Shown here: piece by piece, positions 1-10,168 of the stretch
Layout: each line of letters opens with the position of its first letter
How positions within the stretch are numbered: the first letter of the stretch is position 1
NCBI GenBank assembly: GCA_963675495.1
Contig: OY776215.1
Span: 864,001 to 928,000, forward strand
Direction: 5' to 3'
From: an uncultured Methanolobus sp.
GTDB lineage: Archaea > Halobacteriota > Methanosarcinia > Methanosarcinales > Methanosarcinaceae
DNA: 64,000 bases
The notes under the pieces: model-generated
What the model saw: the letters and a program-made list of their open reading frames with translations, nothing else
What the model was told of the DNA's origin: nothing
Databases searched by the model: none
Position numbers and translations under genes: made by a program

Positions 1-452
1 ACGACCACGACATAATTCTTCCCGTATTTCTTTGCACATTTTGGACAGGTTGTGTACCACATGAACCATTTCTTTATTTCAAATCCCTGTTGCTCTGCGT
101 ATTTTTCAAAATCACTGCACCACTTTTTGGTATCACTATATGGACCCTCATACACTTTGCTCAGGAATTTTCCGCTTAAAGTTGTGTTCTGGGCATCAGG
201 GATATTTTTGTCAACGGCAAGATAAATGTCTATGTTCCATTTTGAAGTGTGATCGGAAAGGCAAAACCAATCAGGCACATTCGCACCTGCTTCCCGAACT
301 TTCCTGTCAAGCCTTTTCATCACTTTGCCAAAGTTAATGGGCATATAGAAAAATGTGCGGACCCTGTCCTTTATAAATTTCTTGTCAGTCCATTCAATGA
401 CCTTGCCATCCCACGGTTCAGGGTCGAATTTAGGGCAGCATTCTTCATCCAT
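1..452 (-). CDS. Conserved hypothetical protein, probably GyrI-like fold (often auto-annotated 'hydrolase'); runs off the window edge
   Basis: Not in the ORF track. Manual translation: GGAGG RBS, ATG at 452, MDEECCPKFDPEPWDGKVIEWTDKKFIKDRV...SKVYEGPYSDTKKW...WYTTCPKCAKKYGKNYVVV, open to position 1. Confidence 0.75.
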   Translation of the reverse strand, partial: MDEECCPKFDPEPWDGKVIEWTDKKFIKDRVRTFFYMPINFGKVMKRLDRKVREAGANVPDWFCLSDHTSKWNIDIYLAVDKNIPDAQNTTLSGKFLSKVYEGPYSDTKKWCSDFEKYAEQQGFEIKKWFMWYTTCPKCAKKYGKNYVVV

Positions 453-641
453 TTAAGCACCTCCACCAGTTAATATGATTTATGAGGTATAAACATAAAA
501 AGCATTTGAATCTGCTACTGCTATGGATTTATAGCTACAATTCCAGCGTCAATTCAGTCTATTCCTCACCGAATATTACTTCTGCCCCCTACCACACATC
601 CATCACCATTTACAGATAGAAAGACATATACACAAATACCC

Positions 642-1145
642 ATGGAGACAGGTGAAATGAATATTCGAAAAATAAGAGAAGAGGATGTAGCTAAGATCGA
701 GAGATTTATATCGTTGTGTAAGCCACTTGATCAGCATTCGACTTTTACGTATTGGGTGCTTGCCAGGTACTTTGATAACACATGTTTTGTTGTGGAAGAA
801 AATAATGAGATCGTGGGATATGTATCAGGGGTAAAGAGCAGTTCAAGACCAGATGTATTCTATATATGGCAAATTGGAATTTCACCGGAGCATAGGAAAA
901 AAGGACTTTCATCACAGCTTATTAAAACCGTGGTTGAAGCTGCTGTCAACTTAGGCAGCAGATCGATACAGGTCTCGATTGACCCGGAAAATAATTCAAG
1001 TCACGGTGCTTTTTTACGATTCGCAGAAGCTAATGGATTGCAAATGAATAAAATTGATGAACTTGAATTATTTGATCAGGCAAATGAGAAAAATATCTGT
1101 GAATATATATATGAGATTAAGGTCAGTGGTCTAATAGATTCATAA
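642..1145 (+). CDS. GNAT acetyltransferase, L-2,4-diaminobutyrate acetyltransferase (EctA)-like
   Basis: CKPLDxxSxFTY, YFDNTCFVVE, FYIWQIGISPEHRKKGL and SIDPENNSS match EctA signatures (PLDxNS, FxxTC, LFVWQVAV, TIxxxNxAS). Confidence 0.7.
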   Translation: METGEMNIRKIREEDVAKIERFISLCKPLDQHSTFTYWVLARYFDNTCFVVEENNEIVGYVSGVKSSSRPDVFYIWQIGISPEHRKKGLSSQLIKTVVEAAVNLGSRSIQVSIDPENNSSHGAFLRFAEANGLQMNKIDELELFDQANEKNICEYIYEIKVSGLIDS

Positions 1146-1295
1146 GTTCTATTGTTGGGAAAATCTCAGTAGTTCAATGGCAACTAGTAACCATCCACCC
1201 TGAATGATTTACATTGCCTGAAACTACAATTTTTTCCACAGCTTACATAATTGAATTATATCTAAAGCACTTTGTTCATTTATCAGGATAAGGAA

Positions 1296-1808
1296 ATGAA
1301 TAACATGAACATACATATTACATTATTCCTAGCAATTTTATTATTGACAGCCACGGCTTTTTCAATGGGATGTACAGAAACGGTCGATGAAGAGAACGTA
1401 GAACAAACCATTGAAGAAGAAGGACTGGACAACGAAACTGAGGAAGATACTGTATCAGAGCAGAACAGCATCCAGGGAATGATTATCTTTGACGGGGAAG
1501 TGGAATCATTTTCAAACGCCACAACCTACCTTAAAGTAGAGGATGTCAGTCTTCAGGATGTTTCATCCATCGTAGTAGCAGAAGATATTATTACCAGCGT
1601 ATCCCTGAATGCAGACGATGTTCAACCAGTACAATATTTTATCAATTTCCCACAACTGGAAGAAAGAATGACATATTCACTATCGGTACATGTGGATGTA
1701 GATGGTGACGGAAACCTTTCAAATGGTGACTATTATAGCACCTGGCACAATCCGGTACCTACAGAAGCCGGAGCACATGAGCTTGATGTTCATGTAGAAA
1801 TGATCTGA
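1296..1808 (+). CDS. Lipoprotein with YbaY/YscW-like domain
   Basis: Hydrophobic N-terminus with FSMGC lipobox, acidic linker, then ATTYLKVEDVSLQDVSSIVVAE...YSLSVHVDVDG typical of YbaY; start uncertain (1272/1296/1305). Confidence 0.6.
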   Translation: MNNMNIHITLFLAILLLTATAFSMGCTETVDEENVEQTIEEEGLDNETEEDTVSEQNSIQGMIIFDGEVESFSNATTYLKVEDVSLQDVSSIVVAEDIITSVSLNADDVQPVQYFINFPQLEERMTYSLSVHVDVDGDGNLSNGDYYSTWHNPVPTEAGAHELDVHVEMI

Positions 1809-1923
1809 GAAGAAAAATATAGAAAAGAAAAGAACAGAAATATAAAAAGTATAAGGATTTAGAAAAAAAGATGCTGATTGCGAGATCGTATCAGTATCCT
1901 TTCATCCTGTTTTTATCGTTGTT

Positions 1924-2415
1924 TCAGTCGATCTTATCGAACTTGGATGCAGGTGCACCACAAATAGGACATTTGTCTTCTGGTTTACCTTCATGGGTGT
2001 GCCCACAGACACTGCACACGTAGTAATCGACCTCTTCATTGTCGCCGATTTCAGCCAGTGCTTTTTCATAAAGACTGGCATGGATCTTTTCTACTTTATT
2101 TGCGACTTCAAAACTCCAGAGAGCCCTGTTGTCACCCTCTGCCTTTGCCTCTTCGATAAACTTGGGATACATCTCCTCATATTCGTATGTCTCTCCGTTG
2201 ATGGCTTCCTTCAGGTTGTCCATTGTGGTTCCGATTCCACCCATACGCTGAAGATGATTAAGAGCATGAACCGTTTCAGCAGCTGCTGCAGCCCTGAAAA
2301 GTTTCGCTACCTGAGAATAACCTTCTTCATCTGCCTTTTTTGCAAAAGCAAGGTATGTCCTGTTTGCCATCGATTCGCCGGTAAACGCTGCTTTAAGATT
2401 GTCTTTTGAACTCAT
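1924..2415 (-). CDS. rbr: Rubrerythrin
   Basis: NLKAAFTGESMANRTY, ETVHA, GETYE, EKIH diiron ligands; C-terminal CSVCG...CPICG rubredoxin-like domain. Confidence 0.93.
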   Translation of the reverse strand: MSSKDNLKAAFTGESMANRTYLAFAKKADEEGYSQVAKLFRAAAAAETVHALNHLQRMGGIGTTMDNLKEAINGETYEYEEMYPKFIEEAKAEGDNRALWSFEVANKVEKIHASLYEKALAEIGDNEEVDYYVCSVCGHTHEGKPEDKCPICGAPASKFDKID

Positions 2416-2593
2416 ACAATATCCCCGTTATTATTCGCACTTTGTTTAGGGACTTGTGAATATATCAGAGTAACGCCCGTTACATTTGAAAAAAAGTATT
2501 TAATATCATTCGCACAAAGCTATTAAATTCATTATCAGGAAAATATCTTAAAACTAAATAAGGACAAATTCGCTAAAAAAGTAGAGTGAAAGA

Positions 2594-3532
2594 TCACTCA
2601 AATATTTCCTCATTCTCCTCTGACCATGCAGGCTGATCTATAGCAAAGAACTCAAGATCAACCTCACCGGTGTTCTCAGTATGCTGCTTTGCGTTTGCAG
2701 GTATGAGAATCAACTGGCCTTCACTTAGCTCAAACGGTACATCTTCTATATAGAGCATACCTTCACCTGCAAGAACATAGTGTGTTTCAGGATTCTTCAT
2801 CAGATGAGGCTCAATGGAGCCACCCGGTTTAACTATCACATGCGCTATACTGTAATTCACACCCAGATCTCTATCAACCATTGCAGGATGGAGCGCATTG
2901 CCAAGGGACACATCTCCAAAGCGTATAAAATGCCCATCTTCCTCATCCCCAAGCTTGTTGGTGTAAACATAGTCATCTACGTAGAGACCAGAATGCACAA
3001 GGTATGTCTGGTTACCGATAGAAGTCCTCTTGACGAATGTGGACTTCTTGGAAGGGGCAGTCTCACCGGGTCTTGGCCAGTAGTAATTGACCCAGCCTTC
3101 TCCCTCTTCACTTAAAGCAGTGTCAATGAACATTCTGCCTAAAGGCTCACCATTATAATCTTCAAGATCGATAACACTCTCGCCCTCACCGCTTACTTTG
3201 GGAGGAAAGACAACACGTATTCCTTCAGTACTCCATACGGTGATATAGCAATCACGATGGAACCATTTACTATCCCCCTGCCTGAAATCATCAAATGCAA
3301 GCTCTCCTTTTTCATCTATCAGCTCAATAGCATCATTGACCAGGGATACCCTTCTCTCTTTCTGAGGCAATAGCTCAGTCGGCTCCTCTTTAATTATGTG
3401 ACCTATTGTTTGATCGACCTGTTCACTATGATCATCATCTATGGATGTGTCATTAGACTGGACACAGCCAGCAGCCACCACCAACAGTGCAGCTATTGAA
3501 AGAATAAAGAGTACCTTCTTAAAACCATTCAT
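2594..3532 (-). CDS. Secreted/lipoprotein Cache sensor domain fused to a C-terminal cupin domain
   Basis: LLVVAAGC lipobox; single-Cache signature (DAIELIDEKGELAF...GEGWVNYYWPRPGETAPSKKSTFVK...SGLY); cupin (PGGSIEPHLMKNPETHYVLAGEG...IPANAKQHTENTG). Confidence 0.75.
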   Translation of the reverse strand: MNGFKKVLFILSIAALLVVAAGCVQSNDTSIDDDHSEQVDQTIGHIIKEEPTELLPQKERRVSLVNDAIELIDEKGELAFDDFRQGDSKWFHRDCYITVWSTEGIRVVFPPKVSGEGESVIDLEDYNGEPLGRMFIDTALSEEGEGWVNYYWPRPGETAPSKKSTFVKRTSIGNQTYLVHSGLYVDDYVYTNKLGDEEDGHFIRFGDVSLGNALHPAMVDRDLGVNYSIAHVIVKPGGSIEPHLMKNPETHYVLAGEGMLYIEDVPFELSEGQLILIPANAKQHTENTGEVDLEFFAIDQPAWSEENEEIFE

Positions 3533-3968
3533 AATATAACACCTGACAAATTAGATATAAACATGAAATTAATAATTTTAATTATAAATAACATGATATA
3601 CTAATAGTATAATGTTATATTTAACTTGCCAATTATTTAAAGGAGATGAGATAATTACATTCCAAATGTATTAATTGTACCTTTTTCATTTTTGCAAATA
3701 ACCTTTGTCTTCAAAGCAACTTAATTCATAGAGATGATTTTTCGCTTTCTTTCAAAGTATGCATTTCAATTGTATAAAGCAGAGGAACTGTACAGCAGCA
3801 AAAAAAGATAATAGAAATATTAAGAAGACATCTTATCAATTTTTTATATAAAATTATTAATGTAAATTTTTGTGTTTTGTATGGAACATTCTCACATGTA
3901 TAGAGAATAAATGTTTAAAAATAGTTATATGCTTTTGGCACATATTTAAATTTGGGAGAGGTAAAAAT

Positions 3969-4076
3969 ATGAACAACAAAGCCATAATTAACGCTCAAAA
4001 GGTTGGGATGGTAGTGTTCCTGTATATTGTTATGATTATAACTATGGCTGCTGTAGCAGGTCTTGTCAACATATGA
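3969..4076 (+). CDS. Putative 35-aa single-pass membrane peptide
   Basis: GGAGAGGT RBS before ATG; MNNKAIINAQKVGMVVFLYIVMIITMAAVAGLVNI contains one hydrophobic helix. Confidence 0.4.
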   Translation: MNNKAIINAQKVGMVVFLYIVMIITMAAVAGLVNI

Positions 4077-4364
4077 GAATGTACTAAACTATATCTGGTC
4101 CTGAATTTTCGGTTAACTGTCATTAGCTATGCGTACATAAACCGTGGAAAAAAAGGTTTATGAATATAAATTTTTGCCCAGATCATTGCTCTAATACCAT
4201 TTAGATATTAGATGATTGATTGATGCAATTATATTGCATATTTTATGATCATCATTCAAAGATATCTAAGGTATCTTTATATAGAATTAAAAAGAGAAGT
4301 TTCTTTAAAAACGGGGTTATAATCGGAAATATTCCGAAACAGAACAAACAAAAGGGGTTAAAAT

Positions 4365-5285
4365 ATGGCTACAATGCCGATAATGGATAGTGTATACACT
4401 ATGGTAGATCAGTTGATAGCTTTCCTTCCCACTTTGATAGCAGTCATAGTGCTGTTGATAGTTGGAATGATAGCTGGAAAGGCACTTGGAAAGATAGGAT
4501 CGAAGATACTTGATAAAATAGGACTCGATGACCTGATAGACAAGACATCTATCGGAAACATGATATCACGGACGCAGATCACAACAGTACAATTCTTTGA
4601 AGCTGCCATCCGTTGGTTCATCTACTTGATATTTGCAGTTATAATAATTGACCTGCTAAATATTCAGATAGTTGCAGATTTCATCACAATGATAATACTC
4701 TATATACCATTGATACTTTCTGCAATAGTAATACTTATAATCGGACTACTTGTAGTAGATTTCCTTGCAGACCTTGTAAAGAACGTGCTGGTTGCATCCG
4801 GACTTGACGAGCATATGTCAAAGACAAGTTTTGGAAGTGCAATGAGTTCAAGCAGTATGACAACCTCAGGGATCATATCTGGGATCGTAAGGGTATTTGG
4901 TTACCTTATATTTATCACAGCCGCCCTTAATATTCTTGAGCTGTACATGATAGCAGCAGTTATCGAATCAATTCTGAACTACCTGCCAAATCTGTTTGCA
5001 GGAGTGATAATACTACTGATAGGACTACTAGCTATCGATTTCTTTGCAGACTACATGGGAAGCATGCTTGAAAAAATGAATGTAGAGGGAAGTAATATAT
5101 GGATACCAGCCCTTCGCGGATTCCTTGCATTCGTTGTAATAATGCTTGCTCTTGATGCAATGCTCATAGACACAAGCATTTTCTACCTATTTGTTGGTCC
5201 ACTTGCCTGGGGGCTTGCTGTAGTTGTAGCCTTCAAGTGGGGAATCAAGGAAGCTCTGGTCGAGTATGCAAAGGCAAAGAAGTAA
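4365..5285 (+). CDS. Multi-pass membrane protein, CmpX / conserved TM-helix (mechanosensitive-channel-associated) family
   Basis: Repeated (F/Y)xPxxxxAxxILxIG TM-helix motifs; internally duplicated; no MscS beta domain visible. Confidence 0.7.
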   Translation: MATMPIMDSVYTMVDQLIAFLPTLIAVIVLLIVGMIAGKALGKIGSKILDKIGLDDLIDKTSIGNMISRTQITTVQFFEAAIRWFIYLIFAVIIIDLLNIQIVADFITMIILYIPLILSAIVILIIGLLVVDFLADLVKNVLVASGLDEHMSKTSFGSAMSSSSMTTSGIISGIVRVFGYLIFITAALNILELYMIAAVIESILNYLPNLFAGVIILLIGLLAIDFFADYMGSMLEKMNVEGSNIWIPALRGFLAFVVIMLALDAMLIDTSIFYLFVGPLAWGLAVVVAFKWGIKEALVEYAKAKK

Positions 5286-5318
5286 ACAAATCGATCATTG
5301 AACAGATAATTCACTATT

Positions 5319-5345
5319 GCTGGCATTTCATGCCAGCCTTTTTTT
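5319..5345 (+). terminator. Hairpin plus T-tract terminator
   Basis: GCTGGCA-TTTCA-TGCCAGC followed by a T run, downstream of the 4365..5285 gene. Confidence 0.55.
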
Positions 5346-5415
5346 ACCATTGTTCCTTCGATGAACAAAAATCTTTTATTGCTACGACTCAATCCTGAAC
5401 CTACAATTCTTAGCA

Positions 5416-6570
5416 ATGATGAGTACTATGTTATCCAGAAAAGTTGAAAACATTCCGCCTTTTTACGTTATGGAAGTGCTTGAAAGGGCACAACAGCTCG
5501 AAGAAGAGGGCAAAAGCATTATTCACCTTGAAATAGGAGAGCCTGATTTTCCCACTGCCCCGCACATCTGCGACTCAGCAAAAGCTGCAATGTGTTCAGG
5601 CAACACAAAATACACCCATAGTCAGGGACTTATAGACCTAAGGAAAGCCATCGCTACGAACTATAAGAACAAATTCAACGTAGATATCAGCCCTGAACAG
5701 ATAATAGTGACTTCAGGTACAAGTCCCGCCATGCTCCTGCTTTTCCTGGCGCTCATTGACCCGGAGGATGAGATAATCATGTCAAATCCTCATTACGCCT
5801 GTTATCCTAATTTTGTAACAACCGCAGGAGGAGTACCTGATTTCATTTATACCAATGAAGGAAATGGCTTCATGTTACAGCCGGATGAAGTTGCCGCACA
5901 CATCAATCCGAAAACAAAAGCGATACTTATCAATTCACCATCCAATCCAACAGGCCAGGTCCTGCCGGAATCAACATTTAGAGAACTTGCAAAAGTTGCC
6001 ACAAAAGTGCCAATAATATCTGACGAGATCTATCAGGGGCTTGTCTACGAAGGTGAAGACCATACTATATTAGAATATACTGACAATGCCTTCGTGCTTA
6101 ACGGTTTCTCAAAACTCTATGCAATGACAGGATGGAGACTTGGCTACCTTATAGCACCTAAACAATACATAAGAACACTGCAAAAGGTCCAGCAGAACCT
6201 CTTCATCTCAACCAATACCTTTGTCCAGTTTGCGGGGATTGCCGCCCTTGAAGGGCCCCAGGAACAGATAAAGGAAATGATCGAAACATACAACAAAAGG
6301 CGCCTTTACTTGATCAAAAGACTGAAAGAGATTGGTTTTGAAATTAAAACAGAACCAAAGGGTGCATATTACGTCCTTGCTGATGCCCGTAAATTCGGAA
6401 ATGACTCCTTAAAGCTTAGCAGAAAGATACTGGAAGACATCGGAGTTGCCGTTACACCAGGGATTGATTTCGGACAGGGAGCAGAGGGGCACCTGCGTTT
6501 CTCGTATGCAAACAGCCTTGAGAATATCAAAGAAGGTATGAGACGGTTAGAAGCATACCTTAAAAAGTAG
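5416..6570 (+). CDS. PLP-dependent class I/II aminotransferase (aspartate aminotransferase family)
   Basis: LEIGEPDF, NSPSNPTG, ISDEIY, GFSKLYAMTGWRLGY (PLP lysine), HLRFSYA. Confidence 0.93.
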   Translation: MMSTMLSRKVENIPPFYVMEVLERAQQLEEEGKSIIHLEIGEPDFPTAPHICDSAKAAMCSGNTKYTHSQGLIDLRKAIATNYKNKFNVDISPEQIIVTSGTSPAMLLLFLALIDPEDEIIMSNPHYACYPNFVTTAGGVPDFIYTNEGNGFMLQPDEVAAHINPKTKAILINSPSNPTGQVLPESTFRELAKVATKVPIISDEIYQGLVYEGEDHTILEYTDNAFVLNGFSKLYAMTGWRLGYLIAPKQYIRTLQKVQQNLFISTNTFVQFAGIAALEGPQEQIKEMIETYNKRRLYLIKRLKEIGFEIKTEPKGAYYVLADARKFGNDSLKLSRKILEDIGVAVTPGIDFGQGAEGHLRFSYANSLENIKEGMRRLEAYLKK

Positions 6571-6707
6571 ATTGAAGAGACTTTTCCAGAGCTCGGCACC
6601 TGCAAATTTAATCATACTGTGAGTGAAGAGTATAGACATACTTATATACAACCTACATCTCATTTTACTAACAAGAATAGGCATCCCAAAAAAAGGTAGT
6701 TTTTTAC

Positions 6708-7193
6708 ATGACAACTGAGAGAACCGAAGATTATCTGAAAGTGATCGAGAAGATAATTGAAAGAAAAGGCTATGCACAGGTTAAGGACGTATCAAGGGAG
6801 CTTGAACTTAGTTCACCCAGTGTCACAGGAATGTTCAAGAAGCTCACCAAGATGGGATATATCAATTACGAGAAATATGGCGGAGTCACCCTCACCCCTG
6901 AAGGAGAGAAAATTGCAAAATGTACCATGGAAAAACACAGTGTCATCAGGGATTTTTTACAAATTCTCGGCCTTAGTGAAGATATTGCAGACCATGATGC
7001 CTGCAAAATAGAGCATGTGCTCACTCCTGAAACCTTTGAGATCCTCACCAAGTTCGTCGAATTCATGACTATGAAGGAAGATGGACCGTACTGGCTTGAC
7101 CACTTCAGCCATTACCGTGAAACAGGCGAGTATATTAATTGTACCCCAGCTGCAAAGGATACCTGCCCGGTTCATGGAAAAAGAAAAGAATAG
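6708..7193 (+). CDS. DtxR/MntR-family metal-dependent repressor
   Basis: TEDYLKVI, wHTH (VKDVSRELELSSPSVTGMFKKL), YEKYGGVTLT, DACKIEH; directly upstream of feoAB. Confidence 0.92.
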   Translation: MTTERTEDYLKVIEKIIERKGYAQVKDVSRELELSSPSVTGMFKKLTKMGYINYEKYGGVTLTPEGEKIAKCTMEKHSVIRDFLQILGLSEDIADHDACKIEHVLTPETFEILTKFVEFMTMKEDGPYWLDHFSHYRETGEYINCTPAAKDTCPVHGKRKE

Positions 7194-7300
7194 ACCAGAA
7201 CCGAACTTGCGTATCTGCCATCTCGCATAAACTTTTTATTAGCCATTCAACAGGCATAATTGAAAGTACACATTATTTCCGTTCTTTGCATGCAGAAATA

Positions 7301-7330
7301 AATTAGGTAATGCGAAATTGCTAAATATAA
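7301..7330 (+). promoter_or_regulatory. feoA promoter (BRE/TATA) overlapped by an imperfect 19-bp palindrome, a possible DtxR operator
   Basis: AATTAGGTAATGCGAAATT immediately before TAAATATA; TTAGG half-site resembles DtxR boxes, but the right half may simply be the BRE. Confidence 0.35.
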
Positions 7331-7372
7331 AAAAATGGATTACTGCTATCATCAAAAAGGACAGGGAACAAT

Positions 7373-7615
7373 TTGCTCGATATCCAGGAGACAACACTTG
7401 ACACGCTTAAACCCGGAGAGAAAGCCAGGATTACAAAAGTACGGGTAAAAGGTCCTGCAAGAAGAAAACTCTTTGACATGGGGATGGTTGCAGGTACGGA
7501 AATTGAGCTTGTCAGGAATGCACCTCTTGGTGACCCGATGGATTACAGGATAAAGGGTTACCACTTATCGATCAGAAAAGAAGAAGCAAGACAGATATTT
7601 ATTAATAGACTTTGA
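7373..7615 (+). CDS. feoA: Ferrous iron transport protein A
   Basis: RRKLFDMGMVAGTEIELVRNAPLGDP...LSIRKEEA. Confidence 0.93.
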   Translation: MLDIQETTLDTLKPGEKARITKVRVKGPARRKLFDMGMVAGTEIELVRNAPLGDPMDYRIKGYHLSIRKEEARQIFINRL

Positions 7616-7689
7616 ACCGGGATCTCTTCCGATTATTTTAGAGACGACGGTACATATGTAGATCATAACTATTTTCAGAGGATCGCTCC

Positions 7690-9687
7690 ATGGAAGACAG
7701 GGAGATAAAGATAGCACTTACAGGAAACCCAAACGTAGGTAAAACCACGCTTTTCAATGCACTGACCGGTTCCAGACAGCATGTTGGCAACTGGCCCGGT
7801 GTCACCGTTGAAAAGAAAAGCGGTAGGATATCATACAAGGGATATGACATAGAGGTTATTGATCTCCCAGGAACATACAGCCTCACTGCATACTCTGTGG
7901 ATGAGATAGTTGCAAGGGATTTTATAATAGAGGAGAAGCCGGATGTCGTCATCCAGGTAGTAGATGCCTCTAACCTCGAAAGAAACCTCTACCTTACCAC
8001 GCAACTTATGGAACTTGGTTCTGAGATACTCATTGTCCTCAACATGTGCGATATTGCCGAGGAAAGAGGAGACCGTATCTACATTGACAAGATGCAGGAG
8101 CTTCTTGCAACACCCATAATAAGGACCGTTGCAACCCAGAAAAAAGGTATTTGTGAGCTTCTGGACAAAGTCATTGAACAAAAAGAAATAGAGCAGCATC
8201 ATGGTCACGAAATAGGATATGGCAATGAGATAGAAGACAAGATCCTCGAAATTGAGAAGGTACTAAGTGAGGATGAGAACCGCGATAAGAGATATCCTCT
8301 GAGATGGGTAAGCATACGTCTTCTTGAAGGTGATGACAATGTCAGGGAAAAAATTGCCAACAGCCCTGTATATGAAAAGACAATAGAGATCATTGATGCG
8401 ATCGATCTGGAAGAATATGAAGCCGAAATAGCTGACAAGCGTTATCTTGCAATCAATATGATCTTCCCCCAGATGTGTACCAGAGCCAATGATACATTGA
8501 CTAAGTCCGATATGATCGATAGGGTACTAACTAACAAATATCTTGGTATTCCAATATTTCTAGCATTAATGTGGGGTGCATTCGAACTTACATTTGCCTT
8601 TGCGACACCTTTCATGGATATGATAGACATTACGGCCACATGGTTCGCTAACTACATATCCTCCAGTCTTCAGCCCGAATGGCTGGCATCACTTGTGGGT
8701 GATGGAATTATTGGTGGTGTCGGGGCAGTACTCGTATTCGTTCCGAATATTTTCATATTATTTTTCCTTTTATCGCTGCTTGAGGGTAGTGGCTACCTTG
8801 CACGAGCCGCATTCATCATGGATAAATTGATGTACAAAATTGGCATGCACGGCAAGTCATTCATACCCATGCTTATGGGATTCGGGTGCAATGTACCAGC
8901 CATCATGGCTGCCAGAAGCATAGAGGATGAAAAGGACAGGCTTATTACTATACTTATAGTACCATTCGTTTCCTGTGGAGCCAGACTACCCATATATGTG
9001 TTGTTCGCAGGCACATTCTTTGGAAGGCAGGCAGGAACTGTCATATTTGCAATGTACATACTTGGTATTGTTATTGCGGTCATATCTGCAAAACTACTCA
9101 GGAAAACTATTGTGAAGGGAAAACCGGCACCATTTATAATGGAACTTCCCCCATACCGTGTCCCAACCCTAAAGGCAAGTATTATTCACATGTGGGACAA
9201 CGGTTTCATGTACATAAAAAAAGCAGGGTCCATCATACTTGTAGGTGTTGTGGTTATCTGGGTAATGGCATCTTTCCCATGGGGTGTGGAATACGGAAGC
9301 GAGGATAGTTATGTTGGCAGTCTGGGTCATGCAGTTGAACCTTTTCTCAAACCTCTTGGTTTTGACTGGAAAATATCAGTTGCACTCATATTCGGACTGG
9401 TCGCTAAAGAAATCGTTGTGGCATCCATGGGAGTTCTTTATGGGTCAGGTGATAGCTCAGAAGTACTTAGTGAGAGACTTCTGGCAGACTCCGGGATCAC
9501 TGCGCTCAGTTCACTTAGCCTGATGGCATTCAGTTTGTTATATATGCCCTGTATTGCAACTGTAGGAGTCATCAAAAAAGAAACAGGTTCATGGAAATGG
9601 ACAGTGTTCGCGATAATATACGGGATCGGCGTAGCATGGATTACAGCATTCATAATTTACCAGGGAGGAAGGTTGCTTGGATATTAA
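7690..9687 (+). CDS. feoB: Ferrous iron transport protein B
   Basis: GNPNVGKT, GNWPGVTVE, DLPGTYSL G-domain; GFGCNVPA, SCGARLP, FIMELPPY, YMPCIAT membrane motifs. Confidence 0.97.
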   Translation: MEDREIKIALTGNPNVGKTTLFNALTGSRQHVGNWPGVTVEKKSGRISYKGYDIEVIDLPGTYSLTAYSVDEIVARDFIIEEKPDVVIQVVDASNLERNLYLTTQLMELGSEILIVLNMCDIAEERGDRIYIDKMQELLATPIIRTVATQKKGICELLDKVIEQKEIEQHHGHEIGYGNEIEDKILEIEKVLSEDENRDKRYPLRWVSIRLLEGDDNVREKIANSPVYEKTIEIIDAIDLEEYEAEIADKRYLAINMIFPQMCTRANDTLTKSDMIDRVLTNKYLGIPIFLALMWGAFELTFAFATPFMDMIDITATWFANYISSSLQPEWLASLVGDGIIGGVGAVLVFVPNIFILFFLLSLLEGSGYLARAAFIMDKLMYKIGMHGKSFIPMLMGFGCNVPAIMAARSIEDEKDRLITILIVPFVSCGARLPIYVLFAGTFFGRQAGTVIFAMYILGIVIAVISAKLLRKTIVKGKPAPFIMELPPYRVPTLKASIIHMWDNGFMYIKKAGSIILVGVVVIWVMASFPWGVEYGSEDSYVGSLGHAVEPFLKPLGFDWKISVALIFGLVAKEIVVASMGVLYGSGDSSEVLSERLLADSGITALSSLSLMAFSLLYMPCIATVGVIKKETGSWKWTVFAIIYGIGVAWITAFIIYQGGRLLGY

Positions 9688-10168
9688 CGGGGAGAACGTA
9701 AGCGATAAACCAGACACACGGTCAGCAATGATATTTTCCATTATCACAGGTTCCTTATACATCCTTTTGGGCTTGCTTCAGTTATCATCAGGATTAGGCA
9801 GGATTCTTATGGGACCGGATACCCACATCCCATTTACAGATGTACTATTCATACCTGCTGACACCATAGGAGCATTTGTCCTGCTGCTAATAGGAACAGT
9901 ATTCATATACGGCGTTATGGAGATGCGCCAGGGGGTATATGAGGGTGTGTCCTATGCCTACGTAGGTATCCTGATAGCACTTATTTTTGCAGTAATATAC
10001 ACACTTGTAAGCACGGGAAACATGCTTGAAACATACATTCTTAAAAATGAAGACTACATAGGCTGGACACCTCTGAGTGATCTAAGACCTGGAATATATT
10101 TGGCAATCCTTCCACTCCTTGCATTTAGCAAATGGAAAAACATGTTCGAAGAAGGGCTATTGAAATGA
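9677..10168 (+). CDS. Membrane protein (about 4 TM) in the feo operon
   Basis: Overlaps the feoB stop; several hydrophobic helices; no family recognised. Confidence 0.65.
   Translation: MDINGENVSDKPDTRSAMIFSIITGSLYILLGLLQLSSGLGRILMGPDTHIPFTDVLFIPADTIGAFVLLLIGTVFIYGVMEMRQGVYEGVSYAYVGILIALIFAVIYTLVSTGNMLETYILKNEDYIGWTPLSDLRPGIYLAILPLLAFSKWKNMFEEGLLK

Noticed and set aside
140-473. Plus-strand ORFs 140..337 and 249..473
   Set aside because: Antisense to the real minus-strand gene starting at 452
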